Positions 42,097 through 51,788 of a stretch of 64,000 bases of DNA are shown here, in pieces; position 1 is the stretch's first letter; each line of letters opens with the position of its first letter. Location of the stretch: NCBI GenBank assembly GCA_963846575.1, contig CAWJWJ010000001.1:896001-960000 (forward strand). The letters are read 5' to 3'. The notes beneath the pieces are model-generated. The model was not told where the DNA came from. It made no database searches and saw nothing but the letters and a program-made list of their open reading frames with translations. This DNA is from an uncultured Nitrospiraceae bacterium. Its GTDB lineage: Bacteria; Nitrospirota; Nitrospiria; Nitrospirales; Nitrospiraceae. A program made the translations under genes and the position numbers.

Positions 42097-42936
42097 TTGG
42101 CTATGGAGAGACATGACGAACCAGCGCCTTCCGGAGGCCGAAAAGAGCCCCTGACCGTCCCGCCGCCCAATCCTAAAGGGGGCCGGACATTGATTGTGGA
42201 TGCCCGTGATCCGCATGCCTACATCAGGCCCAGCGCGGCCCTGAAGGACGCCGGAGAGACCGATCAGGTATTCGTTCGTCCCGGAGTGTATGAAGATAAG
42301 GTCTTCATCGCGGACCGTCCGGTGCTGCTCATTGGGGCCGGACGCGACCATGTTCAGATCTACAATCGCCGCGGAGGGCCGCTCTACCTGCAACGGGTCC
42401 CGTCCGGCATGATCAGCGGAATCACGTTTCGGTATGTGGGCAGCGATCAGCACTCCGCGATGAATCTGCTGGATTCGGTGTGCACTGTGACACAGTGTCG
42501 GGCGACGGAAGGTTTACTCTCAGGCGTCGTCATTTACGGCCCCGAAGCGCGCGTGACCTTTATCGATAATGAGGTGTGCTACAACCGCGAGTCCGGGATC
42601 TTTGTCTTTGCCGGCGCGCAACCGCGGGTGGCGCAAAACGTCTGTTTTGGGAATCATCATTTCGGATTAGCCGTGCGGGATCCTGGAAGCCATCCGGAGT
42701 TTGTGCGTAATGTCTGCCACAGCAATATGCTCAGCGGGGTGTTACTGTTCCACCATGCGGAAGCCTTGCTGCTCGACAATACCTGCCGGGACAACCAGCA
42801 TTGGGGGTTGGTGATGACGCCGGATACACATCCGACCCCGACTCGCGAAGACTTGGTCACATCCAATGTGTTGCTGCCTAACCCTCGTGGGTCGATCGTC
42901 GTCACGGAGCAGCCCTTAGCCGACATCGGGCGATAG
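42097..42936 (+). CDS. Right-handed parallel beta-helix (pectin-lyase-fold/NosD-like) protein, no signal peptide
   Basis: VRPGVYED, LIGAG and repeated NxCxxNxxxG units (NEVCYNRESG, NVCFGNHHFG, NVCHSNMLSG, NTCRDNQHWG). Confidence 0.78.
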   Translation: MAMERHDEPAPSGGRKEPLTVPPPNPKGGRTLIVDARDPHAYIRPSAALKDAGETDQVFVRPGVYEDKVFIADRPVLLIGAGRDHVQIYNRRGGPLYLQRVPSGMISGITFRYVGSDQHSAMNLLDSVCTVTQCRATEGLLSGVVIYGPEARVTFIDNEVCYNRESGIFVFAGAQPRVAQNVCFGNHHFGLAVRDPGSHPEFVRNVCHSNMLSGVLLFHHAEALLLDNTCRDNQHWGLVMTPDTHPTPTREDLVTSNVLLPNPRGSIVVTEQPLADIGR

Positions 42937-43022
42937 CCATACGGCCACGCATGAGGTGCAGGGACAGTTCTCCGTGACGGTGAGGATGAGATGGGTCTGC
43001 GGATCGAGGCGGGGCGAACAAG

Positions 43023-43952
43023 TCAGCTTTGAATAGGGGATGAGGATGGTTGGAGGCCGGAGGGGGAATGAAATTGAAAGCGGCTCCCGCCCTGATGTTT
43101 GGCGGCGTACATCGCTTTGTCGGCATGTCTAAGTAGTTCGTCAATATTCTGGTCGTCCAACGGGTAGAGGGTGATCCCGATACTCGTACCGATGGAGATC
43201 CGATGGGGTCCCACCTCGAAAGGCGTGCCGATCGACTCCACGATCCGGTTCGCCACGACAGCCACGTCGCCCTCGCCGGATACGCCTTCCAGGATGGCGG
43301 TAAATTCGTCGCCGCCCATGCGGGCGACCGTGTCCACTTCGCGGACGCAGTCGGTGAGCCGGTCCGCGACGATTTTCAGCAATTGATCTCCGACATCGTG
43401 CCCCAGCGTGTCATTGACGGCCTTGAAGCGATCCAGATCGAGGAGCATGATCGCAAGTGGTTGATCCTTCCGTTTACTGCGGGCCATGGCATGGACCAGC
43501 CGGTCGCGGAAGAGGGTGCGATTGATCATTCCGGTCAACTGATCGTGCTGGGCCAGGTACGTCAGGCGTTCCTGCGCCCGCTTGCGTTCGATGGCATAGA
43601 GAATCGACCGCGCGAGAAAATCCGCCCCGCCCTGTCCTTTCACAAGATAATCCTGAGCTCCGTGATGAAGCGCCTGCAGCGCAAGCGGATGGTCATCGTG
43701 TCCGCTCAGTACGACGACCGGCACTCCGGGACTTGTCGCCAGCACCTGCGTCACCGTATTCAAGCCGTGAGTGTCGGGGAGGGATAGGTCGAGCAGCACC
43801 ACGTCGAATCGCCCACGACTGAGCTTGGTCAAGCCTTCCGCCAGAATGGGGGCATGTGAAATGTCGAACTGATCAAGGGCCCATTCAGCAAGCAGATCTT
43901 GCGTGAGCTGGGCATCGACGGGGTTATCTTCAACCAGAAGCACTTTGATCAT
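43023..43952 (-). CDS. Response-regulator diguanylate cyclase (REC-GGDEF)
   Basis: VLLVEDN/LLDLSLPD receiver; intact GGDEF with RxxD I-site (REVD) and DLDRFKAVND. Confidence 0.93.
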   Translation of the reverse strand: MIKVLLVEDNPVDAQLTQDLLAEWALDQFDISHAPILAEGLTKLSRGRFDVVLLDLSLPDTHGLNTVTQVLATSPGVPVVVLSGHDDHPLALQALHHGAQDYLVKGQGGADFLARSILYAIERKRAQERLTYLAQHDQLTGMINRTLFRDRLVHAMARSKRKDQPLAIMLLDLDRFKAVNDTLGHDVGDQLLKIVADRLTDCVREVDTVARMGGDEFTAILEGVSGEGDVAVVANRIVESIGTPFEVGPHRISIGTSIGITLYPLDDQNIDELLRHADKAMYAAKHQGGSRFQFHSPSGLQPSSSPIQS

Positions 43953-44499
43953 GGTCTGTCATTCGAAGGGATTGAAGATCCCTGGTCCCATCGCATTGTC
44001 TGTCAAACAACCATGCGGATCAAGGTTCGCCGGGGAACATCATTGGTCTTGAAAGGTGGAATCTGCATGATGATGGAGCAAAAATCTGCCGGGTGATTCA
44101 GCGTGGAGTTTTCACCGGTTCAAGCAGGCTGATCGGGAAGGCCTGGCTTGAAGAGGATTTTAACACGTCACTCTGACGCAGCAAGCATTAGAACCCTTCC
44201 GTACGGAGATCCCGCCGGAAGGGGCGAGGGCACCACGACCCTAATTCCTCAGCCCCTGCTGCACTCAAGGCAAGGCATCCCATTCTCAGGACGGGTAGCT
44301 GGAGGCGAGGTGCTGAGTGGCAGGGAGTACAAAGGCGACCGTGGAGACAAGCAGAACTGGGTGAATGCCTAGTAGGGAAACGGCTCCTCTCATTCCATAT
44401 TAGTTTATGAAGCTGGTTACACTTCTGTACGGTCTCAAAGAGAAGCACGATGGAAGAGGGGACGGACCTCCATGGGTCTGTCAGCGAAAGAGGCACAGG

Positions 44500-44994
44500 A
44501 TGTGGCAACAAACAGGGCGGTGTCTCCTGCTGGGGGCAGCACTCGTAAGCGGGATGGAGGCTTGCACGCTGTTTCCCGCGGGATCTTCGTCAACCCTACC
44601 CAGCAGCGCATTCTTTTCGATTGACCCGGATGGACTGAAACAGGTGCAGGCGATCGCCCATGAGCAAGATATCCGTGCGCAGAATTGTCACACGGGCCCG
44701 ACCTGCGAAGAGGTGTACTACACCCGCGGCCTAGTCGCGCTGTTCGAGAATCGGGCCGATGCGATAACGAAGTTCCAAGAAATGCACACGACCATGCCGA
44801 ACAGCCGGTATGACGCAGCTGCGATCGGCTGGCTGAATCTTCTGCAGGATACGATGCCCGCCACCATCCACACCAAGGCTTTGATCGGTCAGCTGAGGCA
44901 GGAAGTCCTGCATAACCTCCTGGAGCGGACTGAGTTCGCGGCGGACCGAGGTGTGGACGCGCGCAGCCGACGTGTGGCAGAGCTGAATCCGTAA
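44500..44994 (+). CDS. Hypothetical lipoprotein
   Basis: LLLGAALVSGMEAC signal ending in Cys; helical/TPR-like YYTRGLVAL segment. Confidence 0.6.
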   Translation: MWQQTGRCLLLGAALVSGMEACTLFPAGSSSTLPSSAFFSIDPDGLKQVQAIAHEQDIRAQNCHTGPTCEEVYYTRGLVALFENRADAITKFQEMHTTMPNSRYDAAAIGWLNLLQDTMPATIHTKALIGQLRQEVLHNLLERTEFAADRGVDARSRRVAELNP

Positions 44995-45154
44995 TCATCA
45001 GCTCTGAGGTGAGTCTAGCCCCTGCGGTTCATGTCGAACTGCCATGGACGGAGGTGGCGGCCGAGGCCTCTGCTCCATGCCTTTGTCAAATCGGATAGGC
45101 GCAGATTCCGCGTCCTCGGTCCGCTCCGAGAGATGACTCGCATGTGGGCCAATC

Positions 45155-47986
45155 TCAAACCTGCGGCGCGCCAACGGTCTGCTGCTGAATAGCTCGATAC
45201 AGCTCGTCGACGGCGGCCTCCTTCGTGAGCAGCATAACCGCTCCCACCGCCTTCATCCTCTCCTGATTGTCCGCATCGGCATTGACCGATAATCCGATGA
45301 TGCAGGTGTCCGGATATTTTGCTTTGATCCGGCCCGTCGCTTCGATTCCGTTCATCCTCGGCATGTTGATGTCCATCACCACGATAGACGGGCGGGACTT
45401 TTCTACGAGCGCAACAGCCTCTTCCCCATTCGCGGCCTCCCCGACGAGTTCGATGTCGGGATATGCCTCCAGTACCGCCCGCAAACCTTGCCGCACCATA
45501 CTGTGGTCATCGACGATCAGTACGCGCGTCCGGGCGGCGTACGTCGTGCGAGGCGATCGGGGAGTTCTTGCAGGCGCTGAACGGCGAGGCTCTTTCCCTT
45601 CGGTCCTCTTGATCGAGCTCGAGGTGGATGGTTCTTCGGGCAGACGGAGGCTAAGCCTGGCGATCGTCCCCTGTCGGCCTGTGCCTCCTGCCGGACCCGT
45701 GCAAGTTTGAGATGCGCCTGCACCCGGGCCAACAGTTCGCGGGCGCTAAAGGGCTTGATGAGATAGTCGTCTGCGCCTTGCGCCAAGCCTTCCTCTTGTG
45801 CCTCTGCTCCCGCCCGCGCTGACAAAAGTATGACGGGGATCGTGTTGGTGCCAGGATCTTTGCGCAGGGCCTCCACCAGACCGATTCCGCCCAACCTGGG
45901 CATCATCACGTCGCTCAGTACCAAGTCGGGACGGCAGTGCTGCACGGCGGCGAGCGCCGCCTCGCCATCGGGCACGGCCTCGACGACATACCGTTCACTC
46001 AACAGCCTGGTGACATAGTGCCGCATGTCGGCGTTGTCATCGGCGAGCAGGATCCGGGGGCGAACGGATCGGCTCTCACCCTCCAAGGGCGGACAGGGTA
46101 CGGCCAGGCATTCGTAATGCTGCGGCAGTTCTTCTGGCACCTCGTCCTGTGCCGATTCCGGTAGCCACCGAAGTGCCTCCTCCACAAACGGACCCGCGCC
46201 GATGGCGGTGAAGGCGGCGGTTCGTGCCCGCCCGATTTGTTCCGGCGGGAGATGTCCCATGCCGAGCGGCACCGTGACGATAAAGGCGGTTCCTTTTCCC
46301 GGTTGACTGTCGGCGCATACCGAGCCCCCGTGAAGCCGCACCAGTTCCTGCACCAGCGCCAGGCCGATACCGCTGCCTTCATACGTGCGGCTACGAGTAT
46401 CCTGCGCCCGATAGAACCGTTCAAATAGTCGAGGCAGATCTCCCGCGGGGATGCCGACGCCGGTATCCCGCACCACCAGTTCCGCAACGTCCTCCCGCTC
46501 ACGCACGCTCACCGTGATGCCGCCTTCAAATGTGAATTTGAAGGCATTGGACACAAGGTTCAGCACGATCTTTTCCCACATGTCCCGATCGATATACACG
46601 GGTTCGCCAAGCGGCGGACAATCCACCAGCAGTTGGAGCCCGGCTCGCTCCGTGGCCGAACGAAAACAACTTGCCAGCTCTGCGGTAAATCCGGAGAGAT
46701 CGGTCGGTTCATAGCGAGCCTGGACCCGTCCGGCCTCGATTCGAGAGAAGTCGAGCAGCGTATTGACCAGCCGGAGCAAGCGCATCCCATTTCTGTTTAC
46801 GATCTCGAGCTGACTTTTGGCAGCAGGAGTGAGATCGGTATGGCCTCGGGACAATAACTCTTCCACCGGCCCCAGCATGAGTGTCAGTGGAGTGCGGAAT
46901 TCATGGCTGACATTCGAGAAGAACCTGGTCTTAGCCTGATCCAGTTCGGCGAGCGCCTCGGCTCGCCGACGTTGTTCTTCCGCGCTACGGGCGTTTTGAA
47001 GGGCGCGGGCGAGCTGGTCCGCCAGCAACACGTAAAAGGCTTGGTAGTCTGTGTCCAGTTGGCGCGTTGGATTGACACCCGCGATGAGAATGGCGACGGG
47101 ACGTTCTTCTCCTGAGAAACGGACGGGTAATACGACTGCTTCCCGGACCGGTTGCCCCAACGGTCCTGGAGGCAGGCCTTCCACATTTTCCAATGGCACG
47201 ACCTGCAGGCGGGACGCGAGAAAGACGTCTCGAAGCGGCCAGGGGCCTGTGAGGGGCCCGTTCAGATCGACCATCGTCGGGCCGAGCGCGGGGGAGAGCG
47301 ACCATTCGATCGCAGGGGTGAGGACCGCCTTGTCCGATTCGATCAGATACAACAGGGAAAACGGGATGTCGTCGCGATTCTTTCTCAGGGTGGCCACCGT
47401 TGCAGCGCAGGCACCCTGGACGGATTTCTCTACCAGTGCGTTGGAGGACAATTCAGACAGGGTCGATATTCGGCGCGCGTGAAGGTTCTTTGCCGTGACG
47501 TCGGATGAGGGGCAGAACAATCCGCCTACGTGGCCTGCTTCATCTCGGATGGGGCTATAAGAAAAGCTGTAGAACGTTTCTTCGAGCAGCTTCCCGCGTC
47601 GCATGAACAGGCGCACATCGTCGACGAACGAGGCCTCTCCCTGGTGGAAGACCTTGTCCGACAGCGGCCCGCAGATGTCCCAGATTTCGGCCCAGACCTC
47701 ATGGGCGGGTCTTCCCAGGGCCCACGGATGTTTTGCGAGCCCGAGCACCGAGATGTACGCATCGTTATACAGAAAGCGTATTGTCAGGTCCCCAACCGAC
47801 CCACATCGGGTGTTGAGAATTGAGGGTGAGGCTGACCGTGGTCTTGAGACTCTGGGGCCATCGCGCGATCGAGCCTAGCGGGGTACTCGACCAGTCGTGG
47901 GCTGCGATCTGCAGGCTCATTTCGCCTCCGCCTGAAAGAAATTCCTCCCCGGCAGAATCAGTCTGATCCTCTGGTTTCAAGATCAC
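45155..47986 (-). pseudogene. Disrupted hybrid sensor kinase (PAS-like/GAF/HisKA/HATPase/REC...REC)
   Basis: One extra base near 47776 breaks WGPDNT-FLYNDAY; core has NVSHEFRTPL, NLVSNAFKFT, GSGIGL and a REC domain; second break near 45680 leaves a HATPase-like tail plus REC in another frame. Confidence 0.8.
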
Positions 47987-48750
47987 GTTCTCGCTCCTGC
48001 CTCGGGTCCCATACCCGAGAGGCCCGTAGTTCGAGCTATCTCTGCGTCCTGAGGACGGCATGTTACAGCGCGGTAGGGGCCGGTCTTCCTTTCATGGAGG
48101 GTCGCATAGCGCACTCCCGCGTGTGGAGCGTCTGAGAGCAGTGAACATGGCAATGATCCGTCAGGATCCATTACCCAGGCGAAGGATCTGCTCATAGCGA
48201 TGTTGTGTGCGCCTTCTGGGGAAGCAAGTATATCTGCCGGCAAAAAGGTCACAAAGCTAGGAGAACCCCTAGCAGGCCAAATCCCCCCGCAGCTCTATCA
48301 ACATCAACGCGGCAGCACTTGGGCTGACTTTAAATGCTCCCGTTATCCTCCGGGCCGTTGATCATGGTAGGCGGTGAAACAACTTCAGGCAGTACCTCAA
48401 GGCTGCCGGCTCATACGATTATTTTCTGGCGGTCATTCTTATAGTTAGATATTGCGGGACAGTCGCGGTTCTCTCGAACCATGTCAGGAGCTGTATGTAA
48501 AGCCAAAGATGATGCTGTCTCGCGGCCACTGACAGCCTACCGCGGAGAGTGGACTTCCACTCGGCAAAGCCGGTATAGCCGCATCCCACCCCAATCTACG
48601 GTGCCGAACCGGCGACGTGGCGCTCTTGGACGGCTCGGATCGCCGTTCGTTGATCGACGGGGATGTCTGGCCGCTGGAATCAAGAAGACGTTCCTGACTC
48701 AGCACCATCTGTCCAGTTCTAACTAACTAAGTATTACACATTAATATTTG

Positions 48751-48779
48751 TTGACTTGCATGCATGGCCTAGGCAGAAT
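48751..48779 (+). promoter_or_regulatory. Candidate sigma70 promoter for the GN-repeat gene
   Basis: TTGACT, 17-nt spacer, CAGAAT, preceded by an AT-rich tract (48721-48750). Confidence 0.45.
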
Positions 48780-48861
48780 TGTGCCGGGTAAGTGGCAAGA
48801 CAAGAAGGAAAAGGTCATGGGGCAATCGGGGGGGTGAACAGTTCAGCAAGGAGGTATGACG

Positions 48862-49119
48862 ATGAGAATTCTACTGTGCGGCTTGTTCAGTGTGGCGCTC
48901 ATGAGTGGTGCGACAATTCTGACAACTACTGATGCCTTTGCTGGTAATGGCAATGGCAACAATGGTAATGGCAACGGTAACTATAACGGCAACAACGGCA
49001 ACGGTAATGGCAACGGCAACGGTAATTCTGTTCCGATTCCTGAGACCCTTGGCTTGTTCGGTGCGGGGATTGCCGGGCTCATCACCTGGCAGGTTGTTTC
49101 CCGACGTAAGCTTTCATAG
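48862..49119 (+). CDS. Minimal PEP-CTERM-like sorted protein with a Gly/Asn repeat
   Basis: AGGAGG RBS; signal ending in AFA; 28-aa G/N tract; VPIPETLGLFGAGIAGLITW TM plus RRK tail. Confidence 0.8.
   Translation: MRILLCGLFSVALMSGATILTTTDAFAGNGNGNNGNGNGNYNGNNGNGNGNGNGNSVPIPETLGLFGAGIAGLITWQVVSRRKLS
48943..49026 (+). repeat. Coding tandem repeat (GGY-AAY)n encoding Gly-Asn
   Basis: ggtaatggcaatggcaac...ggcaacggtaat with synonymous third-position variation. Confidence 0.9.
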
Positions 49120-49649
49120 GGAGCGGGGACACGCTTTTAGGAACGACACGCCGAATCGGATTTGCCCTCCTTATCCGAAGGCTGCATGACATGGGATTCG
49201 TCACACCGGAAAAGCTGGAGCGGCCGAGTGTGACGAACTCCTTGAATCTGTCAGGTGGAGTCTCGCCCATCCTCACATATTTCCGGAAGTTGAGTCCTGT
49301 TCTTTAGCTTAGGTCATCTGTCCCATCTGTCGACGTACCCGATAGATCAAAATGGGTTGCACCTCGGATCGGGAAGGCCTCACGTCCGTATTTTTGGTGT
49401 TCAGAAGATCAGCGTGATTTTCTAACGCGCTGGGTCTCCGGTTGGTGTTGTGCCTGGCCATCGGTCTGGCGGTAAGAACTAGTTGAAACAGGTAAGGTAA
49501 GAAATGGCACGATGCATGTCTCTGCTTGTTGTTCAGGCCAACTCATCGTACGAAGGCATTCGAAAGCCACCTCCTTCCCTGTAAGCTGCGAGCACTGAGT
49601 AGCCGGACTCTGTGATCTGCGACGTGGCGTAATTGGCAAGTCTAGGCAG

Positions 49650-49730
49650 ATGAAGAGTTCCGGCCATGCCGATGGCCTCTTCCCCCATCCCCCCCCCCAC
49701 CAATGACCTGGACGTCCGCGTGAGGGGACT
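49650..49730 (-). pseudogene. Eroded NarL-type receiver-domain fragment
   Basis: PHADVQVIG-GGG-DG (frameshift) EEAIGMAGTLH resembles YPDIELVGEAANGEEAVALV of the REC at 45155-45499. Confidence 0.45.
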
Positions 49731-49945
49731 GAACCGCTGGTGTTCGACACAGTGAATAAGCTCACCTGGCATGGGCGACGCCACCCGGTCGCGGATTGGA
49801 GTCATGGATTGGATCGACCGCAGGGAGGCCTCATCGCTTGGATGATTTGCTCTATTACGTAGGATTAGAGAGCCCTTGTAGGGTAGTATGTAGCCTGTGA
49901 GTCAGGCACCCAGTGAAGTTGAGACAACTTATCTCCTCTTAGATC

Positions 49946-50617
49946 ATGCCATCAAACCCTCGTCACCAGTGTCTGATTTATAAAGGCTCTCCCGCACAGC
50001 AGCTGCCGGGACTTTCCGCGGTAATTCGACAAAAACTGACTGAGAACTATCGATGTCTGTATGTTAATAGCCCTTCCATGGTGGCCAGAATGCAGTCCCA
50101 TCTGTTCGCCGGGGGAATCGATGTCACGAAAGAGGTCGCAGATGGCAGTCTTTTGCTGTCCTCGGACAATACACACCTCGTGGATGGGCATTTCAATATT
50201 GAGCGAATGTTGGGAATGCTGGAGGAGGCTTTGGACCAGGCATTAAAGGCCGGTTATAAAGGGCTTTGGGCTACGGGTGATATGAGCCAGGAATTTGGAC
50301 CGGAAAGGGATTTTTCGAATCTTGTGGAGTATGAGTGGCGGCTGGAAGAATTTCTTCGGACGCACCCGGCTTTCCACGGCATTTGCCAATACCATGTGGA
50401 TACCTTGCCGAATGACGTTTTGCGGCAGGGTCTATTAACCCATTCCTCTGTCTACATCAATGAAACACTTTCCCGGCTTAATCCGCTGTATGTGGAGCGG
50501 GACTCGTTCACTGCACAATCGTACAATACGACTGCTCTGGACACGGCGATCAGAGACCTGTGCACGATGCCCGATGCGTTAATTCTAAACGTCTTGCCTC
50601 CCAACTATCTGCTGTAG
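49946..50617 (+). CDS. Stand-alone MEDS (DcmR-like sensory) domain protein
   Basis: HQCLIY, RCLYV, GHFNIERML, ALKAGYKGLWATGDM, LVEYE, ICQY and LLTH motifs. Confidence 0.82.
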   Translation: MPSNPRHQCLIYKGSPAQQLPGLSAVIRQKLTENYRCLYVNSPSMVARMQSHLFAGGIDVTKEVADGSLLLSSDNTHLVDGHFNIERMLGMLEEALDQALKAGYKGLWATGDMSQEFGPERDFSNLVEYEWRLEEFLRTHPAFHGICQYHVDTLPNDVLRQGLLTHSSVYINETLSRLNPLYVERDSFTAQSYNTTALDTAIRDLCTMPDALILNVLPPNYLL

Positions 50618-50972
50618 AGATTCAACCAAACACGGCGCTGGTTATCGAGTGCCTGGCCGGCGTATCCATTGATCGACCCCTCAGTTTGTTCCGTATGTGC
50701 CCGATATGTTTTGCTGCGGAAAGTCAGCTCTGCCGATGCGCCATGGTGTGTTGAGGAAGAGGGAGTCATCCCTTCATAGACTAAGCTTCAGCCAAGAAAA
50801 TGCAGACGGGATGGTAGGTCGTAGTCAACAATTCTCAGGAACGGCAGTCTGTTTAACGAACGGAGTTCCACCGGAAAGTTTGCCCGGCTGGCGTCAGTCA
50901 TAGTGCCTGAGTAGTGTCGTCCCACCTGACTGTCGTAGAATATTACATGTGGCTGTCTTCTGGAGCTGACAA

Positions 50973-51788
50973 ATGAACGCTGTCCGACGACACAATGTGA
51001 ACGTCATCGGTCCCAAAGAGAAAAAGGCGATCGTGTTCGCGCATGGATTCGGCTGTGACCAGAACATGTGGCGGCACGTGGCTCCGCAATTCGCCGATGA
51101 CCATCAGGTGGTGCTGTTCGATTATATCGGCGCCGGCGGCTCGGACCTCACCCACTATGATCCCTCGCGCTATAGTACCCTCGATGCCTACGCCGATGAC
51201 GTGCTCGAGATCGTTCGAGAGTTGGACCTCGAACATTCCATTTTTATCGGCCACTCCGTGAGCGCGATGATCGGCATCCTGGCGGCCATCAAAGAACCGC
51301 ATCGATTCGACGGGTTGGTGCTCATCGGCCCGTCCCCGCGCTACATCAATGACGGCGGGTACGTGGGCGGATTCGAGGCGAGCGATATCGACGCGTTGCT
51401 CGAATCCCTCGACACCAACTACCTAGGTTGGTCCAGCCAAATGGCGCCCGTCATCATGGGCAACAGTGATCGCCCCGAGCTGGGCCAGGAACTGAGCAAT
51501 AGCTTCTGCCGGATGGACCCCGCCATCGCCAAGAATTTCGCCCGCGTGACATTCCTGTCCGACAATCGCGATGACCTTCCGAAAGTCAGGGCAAAGACCC
51601 TGATACTGCAGTGCTCTGCGGACGTGATTGCTCCACTTGAGGTCGGCCATTTCGTCCAGCGCCGGATACCGAACAGCACACTGGTCGTCATGAAAGCCAC
51701 AGGGCATTGCCCCAATTTGAGTGCGCCTGAGGAAACCGTAGCTGAGATCAAACGTTTTCTCATCTCAGGAGATTATGTCCGAAACTGA
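50973..51788 (+). CDS. rsbQ: RsbQ-like alpha/beta hydrolase (KAI2/D14-related family)
   Basis: FAHGFGCDQNMW, GHSVSAMIG, SPRYIND, D in ADVIAP and GHCPNLSAP (Ser-Asp-His triad). Confidence 0.9.
   Translation: MNAVRRHNVNVIGPKEKKAIVFAHGFGCDQNMWRHVAPQFADDHQVVLFDYIGAGGSDLTHYDPSRYSTLDAYADDVLEIVRELDLEHSIFIGHSVSAMIGILAAIKEPHRFDGLVLIGPSPRYINDGGYVGGFEASDIDALLESLDTNYLGWSSQMAPVIMGNSDRPELGQELSNSFCRMDPAIAKNFARVTFLSDNRDDLPKVRAKTLILQCSADVIAPLEVGHFVQRRIPNSTLVVMKATGHCPNLSAPEETVAEIKRFLISGDYVRN

Noticed and set aside
44144..44177. Weak similarity to the tRNA-fMet 3' end (AGAGGATTTTAAC...CTCTGAC versus AGAGGATTTGAACCTCTGAC) as a possible att site
   Set aside because: Needs a 6-nt gap and several mismatches; could easily be chance, and no integrase is nearby
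48223..48240. Sigma54-like motif upstream of the broken kinase (also near 48771 and 49505)
   Set aside because: GG-to-GC spacing is 11 or 9 nt rather than 10, or the -12 GC is missing
48300..48726. Short ORFs considered as integrase or transposase remnants
   Set aside because: No tyrosine-recombinase or DDE motifs in the frames examined and no terminal inverted repeats
48943..49026. Tandem repeat considered as a CRISPR array or non-coding VNTR
   Set aside because: 6-nt unit with no spacers; in frame inside a protein-coding gene
50695..50754. Cys-rich 19-codon ORF MCPICFAAESQLCRCAMVC as a possible RiPP or metal-binding peptide
   Set aside because: No RBS, no modifying enzymes nearby, and too short to support
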